A DNA stretch of 64,000 nt, from positions 372,001 through 436,000 of the forward strand of contig JAQGDQ010000066.1 in NCBI GenBank assembly GCA_030141605.1, in the 5' to 3' direction. Positions 41,081 through 55,132 of the stretch are shown here, one piece after another. The notes beneath the pieces were generated by a model that saw only the letters and a list, made by a program, of their open reading frames with translations, searched no databases and was not told where the DNA came from. The translations under genes and the position numbers were made by a program. Positions within the stretch are counted from its first letter, which is position 1; the number at the start of each line of letters is the position of its first letter. The stretch is from Tubiluchus corallicola. Its lineage: Eukaryota > Animalia > Priapulida.

Positions 41081-42400
41081 AATTCAATTCAATTCACATT
41101 TTTATTCCGACTTAAAATCCATATAAAACATACATAAAAATTAGATAACAATATATGTTATCTATAAGACATTAAAACATGAGGATAAAATTATTGAAAT
41201 TACAACAAAACAGAGCACACACGCACGCACGCATACACACACACACACATAAGACATTAAAACATTAAAACATGAAGCTAAAATTATTGAAATTACAATA
41301 AAACAGAGCACACAACAACAAAAAACACGTACAACACGACACGCTATTTACATAATTATATACAAAAGACACTGCAAATAAAACACACGTGAATTTTTAG
41401 GCAATTAGCTTACCTAAGTTCTGTGCTTATTATTTATCTCACAAATGAGTAAATATTACATTTTACGCGATTGTAACCTTAAATTAGGTCATCAGTACAA
41501 TACTTACACAAATTATATTGATTAGCAAACAATGTTCTATAATAACGTCTATGTTCAATAAACAAGGCGTAATATAACGTTTAGTTTATCATCAAATTTA
41601 GCAACAACTCTTTTACTTTATTAGGCTATCAAAAAACCCTGTAGTACAAATTCACCATTAAGTGTCTAAAAAAGCTCACAACGTAAAAGATCGTTTTCTG
41701 TAAAATCATCAGCATTCGTAAACTTTGTTGAATTTATGAATATATACGATTCTTCCTCACTGATATTACCAATTAGAATAGACAAGTATCTTAAAATTTA
41801 ATTGTCTTACATATTTTTCATACGGCTATCTAAACCCATAGTTTGTATACGTTTTGCAATTAAAACAGAGACTGATAAGATGCGAGAAATACAATGAGTT
41901 GTACTTGGACGTGGGTATATAGGATATTTAAAATTCTGCTTGAGAAAATTAATACCCTTGTCTGACAACTCATGTATAGAGCAGCCACAAAACGAGTAGA
42001 CGAACGACCAGAAGAGTTTGAGAATCCCACGTTGTTTTTGAAAGAGATGAAAAAACATAAAAAATTTACTGATTTGAAAAAATAATTTTTACATCTAAAG
42101 CAACGTCGGACTGTGGATCGAGATTGTTAATCAACTTATGTGCTAAATGAGTGACACTGAATTGTGCCATCTTAGTTTTTCCTCATTAATATGACATGTC
42201 AATAAAATTGTACTTTCCTGATACAAGTATTATCCATTTGGATTTCGTAATATTAAAGCATTTAATCAGGACGATTTGCGTGTTATTATGCATATAGGTA
42301 CTTAACATTTTTCCAAGGTCTAACAACATCGCAACGAAATTGCATGCGAAGTATTTTTATGACCGTTTTCTGATTTCTGTAGCATTTTTTGCAATTTTAG
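41081..42400 (-). mobile_element. Degenerate L2/CR1-group LINE 3' fragment
   Basis: The minus-strand peptide FVYSFCGCSIHEL...IYPRPSTTHCISRIL...IAKR resembles the post-RT region of L2-like ORF2. A short (GAATT)n tail lies at 41081-41096. Confidence 0.4.
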
Positions 42401-42681
42401 AAGCAATATTTGTTACATTTGAATTTGATTTGCGTGATATCAAGCATGCATGTGCGCTCTGAAGCATCTCGCATGTATATTAAAAAGGAATTTTACAAGC
42501 AAGTGGTATTGATTTGCCCGTGTATTAACTACATACCATTGACAACACACTGGTGTTGAACAACGCCAGTGGTTTCACACGCGGTTTCGATAGGAACCAT
42601 CAATTGTTAACCGAAAGCTTTTATAAATATTTCATTAATAACACTGGCTGTATGAAGCTACGCGAAAACTGTATGTATAGG

Positions 42682-42792
<111 letters not shown>

Positions 42793-45700
42793 GTTTGATC
42801 GGTTAGCTGAAAAAAGGGAACGGACTAGAAACAGTTGCCAACAGTGTTGGCTCTATCACTAGTCACTTGCCTAGCACGCCAAATTTTGGGGGTGCTAAAT
42901 GTACCCTGACCTATATACCGTATTTGAATAAGCAGAACTTTTGTCATAATTATATGTCATCTACAATCATCCAAAGTGTGTTCATTGTTCATACCAGGTA
43001 AGTTATATTCAGTCCGAGTGTGTCCTGTCGTGAACAACGATATAAAACTATGACATCATCAGCACCCTGTCCCACATCAAGGCTGCCTTACTTACGAAAT
43101 TAATGGCCGAGTAACCAAGATAACAAAATACGTCAAATGATGATAAAAATGAGAAATTGATGGGTCTTTTGTGCAATGCGCCCATATATCAAACTTAATC
43201 TCCATATTAAATACGATTATATATATTAATAATTTCAATCTGGATTTTCTGGCTGGCAATTTTTAAACTGATATGAGCTTAAGGTCATCGACTATTAATA
43301 GCTTTCCTTTCAGATACAATAAGTTGCCTAAAATTTCTCACTAAACTCCTTTCCACCACCAAACACCTCACCAAAATTCTTGTATAGACCAAGTTTTGAA
43401 ATTGTTGGGGCCTTTGACCTTTACCATCCACCTAAGACCAGAGGAAACCTTCCTGCTGGAGTTTTAGTACTCATATTTCAAGCTCTATCGTCGTGCCAAA
43501 AACAATTACTGCAACTGCGTTATCCGTCAGTTGCTGCTATGAGCAGACGTGCGTGGACACATCGCCACAACTATAGCATTATACAGGGTCGTGCAAAAAA
43601 AACTTCTCTCCCGTAACCCTTCGTCCTGGTAGAGGCGTTTGTAAAAAAGCACTGCAAGAACGTTTTTCCCTACACGGTGTTCTTCTGGAAGGCATCATGC
43701 AGAAAAATGTCCTAAAGGCATTTAGTGGTCTTGGACGGAAATTTATAGCTTTTTGGTAAAGGAGAATACGGTATATAGGATATACGGTAGTGTAGCTTTT
43801 CTTTACACATGTCTGTGTCAGTATGAACAACTACGAGTTAGTTTGGGGGTTTTCTGGACAACCATAATAGTCAAAAAAGCATTCAATGTACGATCATGCC
43901 AGAACAGTTCTAAAACCGAACTAAACCTTTCAATAGATAGAATGATACATTGTCATTATGGCAGAATAAGTAAGCCTGTAATTATCTTGACGAGTCCATC
44001 ATCCCAGTTTATCCTGTCCGAGTCGTCGGGATTAATGGTTCCGACTTGTCATCAGAACCGGATTTATGAACTTCATTGGCATATGAATGCGTGCAGCAAA
44101 TTTTGGCTTCTCTTCGCTATGCGTGGCGAAGAAACGAAGAATTCTAGAGAATCTGCTCACGTGTTAGGCATGTTAAAAAACTGGCTTCCTTTCAAAGCTT
44201 TGTCAAAGCTTGCTTGCTTGCGTGAATTTGCCAAAAACACTTACCCTTTTGACGAACTTATACACTAAAACGAACAGTTTCTACATTCGTTTTAGATTTT
44301 GATAAAAAACTCAGCTTCTTAAACTGATTTTATTCTTGCCTTGTTTAACGCTACATAGTTCAAAAAATTTCTAGACAAAAAACGGCTTGAAACACAGTTC
44401 CTTCGATACAATTCATCATTCCCATGTACACCAATTTCTTTGGTGTTTCGTCAAGATCATGTGTGTATTATTTTAGGACATACGAAAAACTTTATTTTTG
44501 GCGGTGGAAGGCCAAACAAAATTCTGGCACTTTTTAGGATTTAACTTCTTGGTCTTTCAAGTTCTTGCTTGTTTGGGACAAATTGTTTTTTTTTCAAAGC
44601 GCCATTAATTTCAGCTTGTTTGAGTTTTAAACTTTTTGTAGACTATGGCTTCTTTGGGCACGCCAAGAATAACTTGGCTTCTTTAGGATTTATGTGTAAA
44701 ATTAGGCTGTGAGAGCCTCATTGATTTGTGCTTATTATGTCTTATTTAGAACTGAGTGGCATAATTATGGCGGCAATTCCATCAGAATCCTGGCTTATTT
44801 AGGACTCAGCTTCCTTAGCGATCTTATTAAAGATAATAGCTTGCTTTCTGTGCACAAAACTGAAATTTGGCAGAAGGGCAGTTTAAAAACACGGTATAAA
44901 TTACGCCTAGGTTAAATGATTGCCGCATGTATTTTTTAAGAAACAGTGCTCAAGTGGGTGTGATTCCACAATACGTGTATGCATTTACAGGATAGGAAAT
45001 GCATTAATGTTACAGTAATTAAAACAGGATAATCTGTAATAACAATGGAAGCATTTTGTAACATGCAGGACATGCTGTTTTAAGATCTGCTGTAACTAAG
45101 CAAAGTGCAACTTCATTCGACTGGATATGTCGACTCCTAAACGCGTTTAGTAATAAGCTGGCTCGGTACCATTAACTTAGCAATCGTCGATCATTACAAA
45201 AATACGTCTCAGATTTACTGTGGTAATTAGTGGGCAAGAAAAGCGCCAAGAATGCCTCGCGGAGATGGATTATTGGCGTTTATGTGTTCAATGTAATTAG
45301 CAATCTGCTCAATACGGTAAAGAGAATAATGCGCCTGGGCCAGACTGAATAACAAAAAGTCCACTGCGCTAATTACTGCATGCGTGGAGATAATTGAAGG
45401 CAAAAAATAAAATTACTGCCAAAACAAGCAATAAACAATAGTAGCTACTCTATGACCAAGTACTGTCTTACTTCAGCAAACAACTATAGGGTTTGCGAAT
45501 TAACTCAAGCTGTCCTACAAAAGCAGGTCATTAAATTTTTCTCTCACAGCTAGTGCTGGCGCAAAAAGCAAGATTATAATTACATATCCACATTTAATAC
45601 TGTAGAGCTGCCTTCAATTTCAATGAAATTGTATTCATATTTAATAAAGCCGCATTCAAATTTCAAGCTACATTCACATCAATGAACAATAATTTATTTA

Positions 45701-46329
45701 AAAAAAAGTCAAGCACTTCAAACAAAAAGGTGAAAAGCCTGTACGCAGGCATTGGATCTATTACTACTTCCTAATCGGTTTATTAAATTGATTATTTTGG
45801 TTTAATTACAGCTTAAAAATTAAACGCTATTAGTAAGTATGTATTTTAATGTGGAGTCCGCCTCTCCAAAACGTATTTTGTTTGCATAAATCCATCCTGA
45901 GGTATTGGCTCTACATATTGATCCCGACTTGGTTCATTAAGTTCATTATTTTAGCTCAACAGTAGATTAAACATTGACCGCACAGGTCGCCTGGTAGCCT
46001 TAGTGTGAAGCCCTCCAAGACTTGTAGGATCGCCCCTTTCAAGGTCCATCAATGAAAATACCCTTGGCAAGTTGTATATTTTAAAGTACACGGTAAAATT
46101 AACGTTCAGTCAAGTTAACTCGAACCCTTAATCCTGTTAGAGATGCTTGTAAAAAAGACCCACAAATCACCCACAAATGGCGTATATCCCGGGTTTTCTC
46201 TTACCAAAGAGCTATAAAATTCCTGCTAAGATCCCCACCGAGAATAACTAGGCCGTTTTTTCTACAGTGAAAAATAGGCTCCTCACAGCACTTTGTGTAG
46301 ATTTTAGAGGGAAATTTACAACTCTTTGG

Positions 46330-46630
46330 AAAGAGGATAAATCGGACAATGCGGTAGATCTCTTTCTAAAGCACTTCTACCAGGAAGAACATTAACTTTT
46401 CTCTGAATGACCCCGTATCATGGCATCATGCTTTTAGCAAAGTACTGACATTCTTAGTTCAGCGTACCCCAAGTGTATAAAGGGTAATGCACTAAAAGCA
46501 ATTTAATAAAGAATGACAATTGAACCCCAGTTGGCACAGCTGATCTCTAAACTGTTTAACAATTCTATTTGACTATACAGTTTTCTCAGAAACTCAAGTC
46601 CCAATTTCAAAAAAGGACATCAATAAGCTA
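46330..46630 (+). mobile_element. Degenerate CR1-group LINE reverse transcriptase fragment
   Basis: PQLAQLISKLFNNSI*LYSF...PNFKKG resembles the pre-RT motif LA.PL..LFN.SL..G.FP...PI.KKG; interrupted by stops. Confidence 0.45.
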
Positions 46631-46988
46631 GTCGCCACAATAACTGCATGACATGATGACTGAAGTGTCAGAAATTTTATTGACGTTGAATCATGGCCGG
46701 ATAAAATCTGCAGTGCCATCGATAAACATGTCATAAATCACTCAACCCTGCCTTACGAATAGGAGAATGATTGTGAGTGAATTTTTGCTGGTTCTCGGCT
46801 CATCAAAATATTGATTAAAACTAGATGCGCAACGCAACACATGCAGGTATAATGATGGTAAAAGGAAACACTGATATTATTACAATTTCAACCTGTAATT
46901 ACGGAATAAGATACTCGGTATTGTTTGAAGTAACCATTGCATGGAGAGCCAAGGAAAAATAATTTGCAAAACTCTAAAAGAGGGCGAA

Positions 46989-47188
<200 letters not shown>

Positions 47189-47438
47189 GCCGCACAAAGA
47201 GAGGGGAAAGACATCGAGAAGAGAGTCAAAGCTACAGAGAAAAAGAGGAAAAGGCGAAATAGGTTTTTCGGTAATGGATTATCTTTCAAAAAATTTATTG
47301 AAAGGAACGCTGTACTACTGAAAGTGCGTTTTAACGCGTTCTTTTTCCGTTGTTTCGAATTACTGGCATAATGAATAAATATTTTGTAATTATTACTCTT
47401 ACAATCAGTTTAGGCTTGGAGCGGCACTGGAAAATTGT

Positions 47439-47510
47439 TGACCAACCAGGATTCGAACCAAGAACCTCCTGCTTACACGGCAGGTGCTCTAATATTTGAG
47501 CAACTGGCCC
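47439..47510 (-). pseudogene. tRNA-Thr(TGT)-like pseudogene or tRNA-derived SINE head
   Basis: Minus strand reads GGGCCAGTTGCTCAAATATTAGAGCA-CCTGC-CGTGTAA-GCAGG-AGGTTCTTGGTTCGAATCCTGGTTGGTCA. It has an intact B box and a 5-bp anticodon stem, but no D-loop GG, no U33, and a weak acceptor stem. Confidence 0.65.
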
Positions 47511-47957
47511 AACGTAACAGAGCTGTCTGAATTTTCACAATTTATTAGAGCCACCTATTCGCTACTAGTGATATTTCGCTATATTTTGAAGCGAGTGTTA
47601 CCTTTGCATCTATTTATAAGTTTATCCAGAACCCTGACGCAGCAGCTAACAGATCAAAATCTCCCACACTAAAAAAACAAAGCAGGAGAATGACTTGTAG
47701 TTGAAATTTCTAACGCACGTACTCTTCCTGTCGTAGTTAATTTTATCATCACTAAGACTATAATTGGGTCTACTACGTCGTTCAGAAGATACGCCTCTAA
47801 TTACCAGGTGAGATTCTATACGGTTGCTGAAGTAATCGCCTTTAGTTTTCTAATTAATGCTGCTGCAATTGCTAACGTGCAATCAGTTAAGAAGCCAGAC
47901 ATTTAAGCAGCAGGACAGAACGATCATTACCTGAACGCTGCTGTTAAATTAATACAT

Positions 47958-48250
<293 letters not shown>

Positions 48251-48926
48251 AGAGTATTGCAGTATACCTGTAGTTGACCTTCTCTGAGCTTTCAACGCTC
48301 AATTAGTTTCACGGTCTTGCTTACTCCAAGAACCTTTCATCGCGTGTTACAACATAATATCATTATTGGATATTTCAGCGGGCCGTCTGATTTGATTCCC
48401 TATGGCTGTGGCTTCTTGTAGAGGCCACTGTACAAAGCATCTATATTGCCACAACCATTTCACTTTTATTTTCCAGTTTTAATATCGTAGAGAAACATAC
48501 GTTCAACTAAAATGTATGAAGTCTACGAAGGAGTATCTTAGTTCTAACGCCGTGCTGCCATCTGTTATCAATTGACGAAACACTGCTGTCCCGTGTTGCC
48601 TCAGGTTTTCATATTCAATCTCCATGGACAATAAAAAGTTAACAAAAAACCACAAAGCTTTATTTTGTTTAAAAATAAGAGTACTTATTATAGTAATTTT
48701 ATCCATGCACCTCACATGCACATATAGAAAATTTATAAATAAGAAAATCATTGGAAGTCTTTCTTCTGTCACTGGTATCAAAGATCACAGCAAGTGAAAT
48801 TTGGCGTAATTATCTTGTGAGTAAAATCAAAACATCATACACGTGTACTAATAACACTTAATACATATAGTTTCTCCACGAGAATTTATCCACTTATTTA
48901 CATGTAATATTCACTGTCTATCGCCA

Positions 48927-51287
48927 CTATGAGCATGTAGTGTATTGAGTAACGGAATTTCCCACTCGCTTCGTTACTGTCCTGCAAGACTGCTGACGAC
49001 CACCTAAAATTTAAAACAAAACAGCTAATATTGAATCCAGTACTCAAGAAATTGTACAGTAAATAGAAAATACAGCATCGCATTACAAAAACATGAAGCA
49101 GACAGCTGTGTCCTTTAATTAAGTAAGACGACAATAACGATGCAAATAACAAAATTTTTCATTGCGATATGTGCAACAAATGTTCAGCAACAACAATACA
49201 ACTTTGACCATAGTTCTTAGTTCAGAAAGGGCTTCGTTTAGCATTTAGCGTTTAGATTTTAATTAATCTGCAATGGGGTAGAGCTTCTAAGTCAGTTAAG
49301 GATCTCTGTCAGCTCACTTAATGCAAGCAAGGCAGCAACCATTCTATGAAGTTTTAAAAATAATCTTGTGATTTTTTCCCAGTACTAGCTTTTTTACCTA
49401 GAGTACTGCACGGGAGGACAAAAACCTCATGTGGCCACAAAATATCAATAAGAACAACAATCATTTCCACAACAAACATGAAGTTTTGAACATCAGCTGG
49501 ATTTTAAGTTGGGTTTTCAAACTGATGTCTCAGTTGCTTATTACTAGTACCTGTTAGGCATGCTACTGTGCAATTAATAAACACATTTTTACCCTTCATT
49601 AAACACGATTAAATGCATAGTAACTACTTTAGCTGATAAATGTCTAAATATTTGGTATGTCATTCAAAAAATACCACCTCCAGTTGCTCTAGCAGAGATA
49701 GGCCATGCTAGAATACAACTTATAAATACATTTTTTATACAACCTCTTAAGTAAAGTTAAATAAATGTAGTTCAAATGACAGTATTTTAGTTGTTTTAAT
49801 ATTTTAATATACCACTCAAAAACGTAATCACTCCATTTACTACTCTGTAAACATGATTTGTCACAGTGGCCAACTCCAGTTACAGGAGTTACAAAGTTGT
49901 CATCATTTTACAATTAGAGTCCATACATGGGTTTCAAAGTTAGAATATTTTTACAACTGAACACCAAACTTACCTCCACCATGATGACCTCCTTCGAAAT
50001 GGTGAAAATGACTCTGAAAATCTCCAGCTTGATGATGGTCTGGAAAGAAGTCACCACCAAAACCACCAAATCCGCCACCGAATCCTCTATGTTGGTCACC
50101 AAATACATCAAACGGGTGTCCGAAGTCTCCAAAAGAGAAAAAGTCTTCGTCGTCACCGACATCATCAAACAGTGAATCAAAGTCAAACATTCTACCGCCA
50201 AAAAAGCCACTATGATGGTCATGATCGCCACGATGACCACCATGACCGCCGTGAAATTCCCTGTGAAATCTGAAGCTTTCATCGAAATTACGGAAGAAGT
50301 CGTTAAAGTCAAAATCGAAATGTGCGCCGCCACTCTGTCCTGCACCTGGTTGCTCAAATGCAGCATGACCAAATTTATCATACTGAGCACGTTTGTCCTT
50401 GTCTGATAGAATTTCATAAGCTGAAAAATTAAAAACGTTAGTTAGTCAAACAACATTGCAAGTAGGACTCCTTCAGATCGATCACTTTTAATGACTTCCT
50501 TTCTGAACCACAATTAAAAGGAATTTAAATTAAGATAAACCAAAATCAAGAAAAATAATAATTTACAGAGAATTTTCAGCAATTTTCACCATTATTATCA
50601 TAGGTGTACGGGCCGAGTTTTTCATGGGCGGGCTGGGGCTCAGTCACTTTTGTCCAAAACATACAGCGTCAACCCAAAAAAAGAACTGGCAAAACTTTGA
50701 ATCGAGAATTACCTTACTGCACCCCATGATAAAAAAATGAACAGATTTCGTGCACTTCATTTGGCGGCATGGAGAAACTTCGAGATTTCCTTTTATAAAA
50801 AATATAATTTTATTTTTTCATCATTTGCCTCGTGCCCAAACAAATATGTTTGCCCAAATCTGGGGGCTCCAGATGTCACACTTAAGTGTATAGAATCAGA
50901 CATAAGTAACCTAGCCTGCAAACTTATAAATTATAACTATCATAACTTGTTAAGAACTGCATTCTGTATGCTATAAGCCTATATGATAGTATTCTTATGC
51001 TACAAAAATAAAAGATTCGTTCTCTCACCTTCAGCTATCTTTCGAAACTGTTTTTCTGCATCTTTCTCCTTATTTCTGTCTGGGTGATATATCATTGCAA
51101 GTTTCCTAAAAGCTTTCTTTATTTCTTTTTCTGACGCTGTCCTCTGCACACCAAGTACCTTGTAATAATCTTCTTTAACTTTGTCTTCTTCATCATCTTT
51201 GTCCCCATCTTTGTTCTTCTGAGCAGTGTTTGCAGTAATTATCAAGGCACACAGAATGCTCATAAACATAAACTGTCTTAGATCCAT
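48927..51287 (-). CDS. DNAJB9: DnaJ homolog subfamily B member 9 (ERdj4/MDG1), ER-lumenal Hsp40
   Basis: Exons 51287-51029, 50420-49974 and 49003-48927, with phase-1 junctions. Signal peptide ([22 protein letters not shown]), J domain with HPD ([41 protein letters not shown]), G/F/H-rich region, and the characteristic C-terminus [20 protein letters not shown]. Confidence 0.95.
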
Positions 51288-52959
51288 TTCTAGCAATCTT
51301 TGTTTTTATCTTTCAAAAAATAATAATGAAGATATGTGCACTGCAAAAAAAAGAAGATAACATTTATGTTGTAATTCAACTTAATACTTTAATTGAAAAA
51401 TAACCTCAAGTGAGTTTATTGCATGGAAGTCAGTATTAAGATTTTTACCTCATAAATATATTCCGTCAACAAAGCTGTATTTGATGCACTTAATTGCGCC
51501 AAAGGGATCTGTCTTTTACCATAAACTTCATCATAATCATAGAGTAAACCTGGTTATCAAATATTCTGAAAAAAACAAAATTTCTTTTTCCTTAGTTTAA
51601 TTCTATGCTGGGTCGACAAGGTTCCACCTCTTCATATTCGTATTCAGAAGCCATCTGTTATATATCCACATTTTTTACGATACATTTTTGCAAAAGTAAA
51701 TGTAGGAAACTTCATGCACTCATCACTACATGAAGAAGGGCATTGACGAACCTCAATTTCATAAAAAATAAAAATGATGGTTAAGAAACATCTTTAGGCT
51801 CTAAATTATTATTATTATTATAAGTCTTTTATTCAAAATTATATTGTACAATTTATGCACTTGCACAAACACAGGGATAAACATACACACAGAAGCTGCA
51901 AAATTGACCTGGCCCTCTGTTTGCAGGGTATGCTCTAGAGGTGAGCGAACATTACCAGAAATTGAATCAAATCAAAGTTTTGGCTTGCAAATTTTAAACA
52001 TATTTGAATAAATTTCAATTTGGTAATAAAAATAATGTGTGCAAAAACTCAATTTAGTTCTGAGGTGATAAAGACTGTGCATTTAGCATGGTGCTGCTAA
52101 TTCAGCACTAAGACTATAACGAATGAAATGTATAGCTAAAATTAAGAATCAAAGTAAAACTAGCTTGGCGCATTTAGCAATCTTAGTTCTACTTTTACTG
52201 TATTTAAGTGATATATTTGAGATTAATTGTTGTTTGGCACATCTTAAATTGTATATTTAGTTACACATTTTGTAAGTTGCCTCTGATGACTCACTAAACT
52301 TAAAGCATACCAAAAAATGCTTCTTGTTTCTACAGGCCATGCTAACAACTAGGCAAATATTTTTAAGTCACTATACTACATAATACTATATATATATATA
52401 CAGAGGAACAAGATGATGGGAGCATTCGTGAAGCACCAAAAATTGAGATTCGCGTGCAGCACCAACGGTGGGTATCACTGAAGCTATTGGCTATGCGAAC
52501 TCAAATTTCACATATTTCATGTACAGTACCAATGTATGAATATAATACAATACAATACATACAAACCCTGCTTTCCTTAGTAATACTAGGTACAAGATCT
52601 TGTGTCTAATACATAGACCGCAAATCCTCAATTTCCCATTCAATTATTTCGCTTCAGCAAATAAAACAAGAGAAATCAATAAACTGACAAGTGATATACA
52701 ATATTACCATACAAATTACAATATAACAAAACTCCGTCAAAAGTTAGCTTAGCACCTTCAAAAAGCAGAAGAAATTAAAACTAAGAAATCGAAAACTATG
52801 TGCTTTCAGTTTCACTTCTCACTACTTACGGAACAAACGGTGATTATTTGCGGTTTAGCACCAGTACAATTAACCTAGATTTCCATATAACTTGAAAAAT
52901 TCACAACAACATCAGCTTTCAGCAAGACTGTTGTTACAGCAAACAGTAAATAATTTCGT

Positions 52960-53060
52960 CCCGCACCAACAACTTTCGTTGTACATTATTGGAAAATTCA
53001 TAATGATGACGTGTCAAAAAGCAGGAACTATGGAAACAGCGTAGCGTGGATGCGCAACTC
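52960..53060. promoter_or_regulatory. Putative bidirectional promoter of DNAJB9 and IQUB: CCAAT box, XBP1/UPRE-like site, RFX X-box-like site
   Basis: ATTGG at 52988-52992, GATGACGTGT at 53005-53014, GGAACTATGGAAAC at 53024-53037. Outward-facing splice donors lie at 52829 (minus, GTAAGT) and 53170 (plus, GTGAGC). Confidence 0.55.
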
Positions 53061-54885
53061 CAAGTTCTCAGTTCGCATCCTTCTATTCTTCAATGACTAG
53101 GGACTTCTCTTTCAGCGAAATAACTTTTGTCTTTATTTATCCACTGCTTACTGTTCATAATACCGCCTGGTGAGCAAGCATTGTACACACACAAAATTTT
53201 TACAGCAAATTTTGAAGTTACTGTAGCTAGTACATAGTGTTTGGTTCGTTACTTGTGAAATATAATTTGTCATGATATTATTATTAATTACTTTTGAAAA
53301 ATCTAGTTTTAGTGATACTTTGGCGAAAAGTGTGCATCTGGTTTGGCTTTAGTAAAATCAGATCATTGCTTCTGCAATATGCCTAACTCTGCCACTAGGT
53401 TAATTCACTCTACATTTTTTCTTTAAAAATTTATTATTATTGTTAAAAAATGTTTACGAGCACATTTAACTGTAACACTTTCACTGACAAGTTCTTAGGA
53501 AGGTTCTGTGGTACGGACTGCTGAGACATTTAAAGAGCAGGAATAATAAGTGACATCATGCTAAAAGACATTGCGTTAAAATTTTTGCATGCTGTACTTC
53601 ATTACTAATATTTTCTCATCTTTCCCTTCGCATGTTGTACCTCATTGGTAATATTTTTTGTCTATCGATATAGTTATGTAGAGCATTGAAGAGGGTGTGG
53701 ACAAAGACATGATTTCAGCCTAATGTTAAGTATGTGATAAACGTATTATACATGCATCGTGATGATGCCATTGCAATTCTGACTTTAAAATTACAATTAC
53801 AGTGAATTACTGATAGCATTGCTAGTTTCACTTGCTTTCACCACGTTGTTGCTTTTTAACTGGGCAACATTGAGTTTTGCACATTTGACAATATCTTCTT
53901 GTGGTGTGTTACTAAAACAGAATCTTGTAAATAAACAAATAGTATTTCGTTATTAAGTTCTAATATTAAATATTAGTTTTGTTTCTACGGATGCGAGCAC
54001 CCAAATACACATGTGCACACAATCATAAATAAGCATGTACTTATATTTAGAAACCGGTTTTCACAAAATACCCAATACTAATCCATAATATGCAATCATT
54101 TTATAAGAATGCAGGACAATCAACTAAACGTACGTTTCATCAACGATCTACAAGTGATTTTGCATGGGAACATACCATACAGTACAGTATTGTGGAATGC
54201 ACCTGGCTTCAGATGCTGGTTGACTGGTTAATTAGCGTTACTTGTTCCGAAACAACCCCAATCCTACAGCTGTCTACAGTGTTTTTGCATGGCCGCAGCA
54301 GTGAAATAAACAGACTTGGGTGACTGTGCTGACCTTGGGCGGCAGTCTATCGCCTTCCGTCCTTTGCATGAAAAACATGGGCGGCAGTGTGCCAGCTTCC
54401 ATAGCGAAAGGGTTAAAAGTAATTTAGTAAATTATTTCAGCAAAGTATGATCAAGTCAGCTGAGTGGCTGAAATCAGAAAGATAATTATTAGGGATAGTT
54501 GTGAATTGTGGCAACACTAGAGCAGCTAATACACAAATCATAATATTATCCTAATGGAAATATTTGATACAATAGCTAGGCTACTTTGGTAGGTTATTCA
54601 AGCTCAGTGGCATTTTTTTAGTTTTGGAAACTGCCTCCTCATAAGGATTTACTAGCAAGTTGCTTGAACAGTAGAAATGATATTGTACGAAAAATTAGCC
54701 AGTGTTAAAATGCAAAAGGGCAAAAGGCAAATTACGATATATATAAAGGGCTATAACCACACCAAACGATAAGCTGAATAAAGTTTAATAGATGATGTTA
54801 ACAACCATCGTTTGTGCATCTCAGTCTTGCAGTGTGTCTTCAACACAGAGCCTGCCATTGGTTCTTCTGCAAAACTTTCCGTATA

Positions 54886-55074
54886 TAGTCAAACCTCTTT
54901 ATAACGCCACTCTTTATAGGGCCAGTCTTGCTTAATACCCAATTTTCTGGCTAAAAAATGTTTATATTTGCATAGACTTGTTTATAATAATGTGCCTCAT
55001 TCTAATATCAAACTCGCTTAACACCAACTTTTTTGCAGCCCCAAAGTAGAAGGTATAAAGCTAAGTTTGCCTGT
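54886..55074. mobile_element. Tc1/mariner-pogo type MITE
   Basis: TA-TAGTCAAACCTCTTTATA at the left end and TATAAAGCTAAGTTTGCCTG-TA at the right end: degenerate CAGTCAAACC-type TIRs with TA flanks. Confidence 0.55.
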
Positions 55075-55132
55075 ATAACTGTATTATCATTTTCATGTCT
55101 CACAGACACTCGAGTGTTTGATTTTTTCAGAC

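Noticed and set aside
43753-44268. 171-aa ORF beside a TA-CAGGGT terminus, as a possible transposase
   Set aside because: Non-ATG start and no recognisable DDE or HTH motif; a matching second TIR was not found.
49914-50417. Alternative-frame and antisense ORFs over DNAJB9 exon 2, and the GGKFGVQL* ending
   Set aside because: These are shadows of the real exon. The GTAAGT donor at 49973 leads to the conserved final exon.
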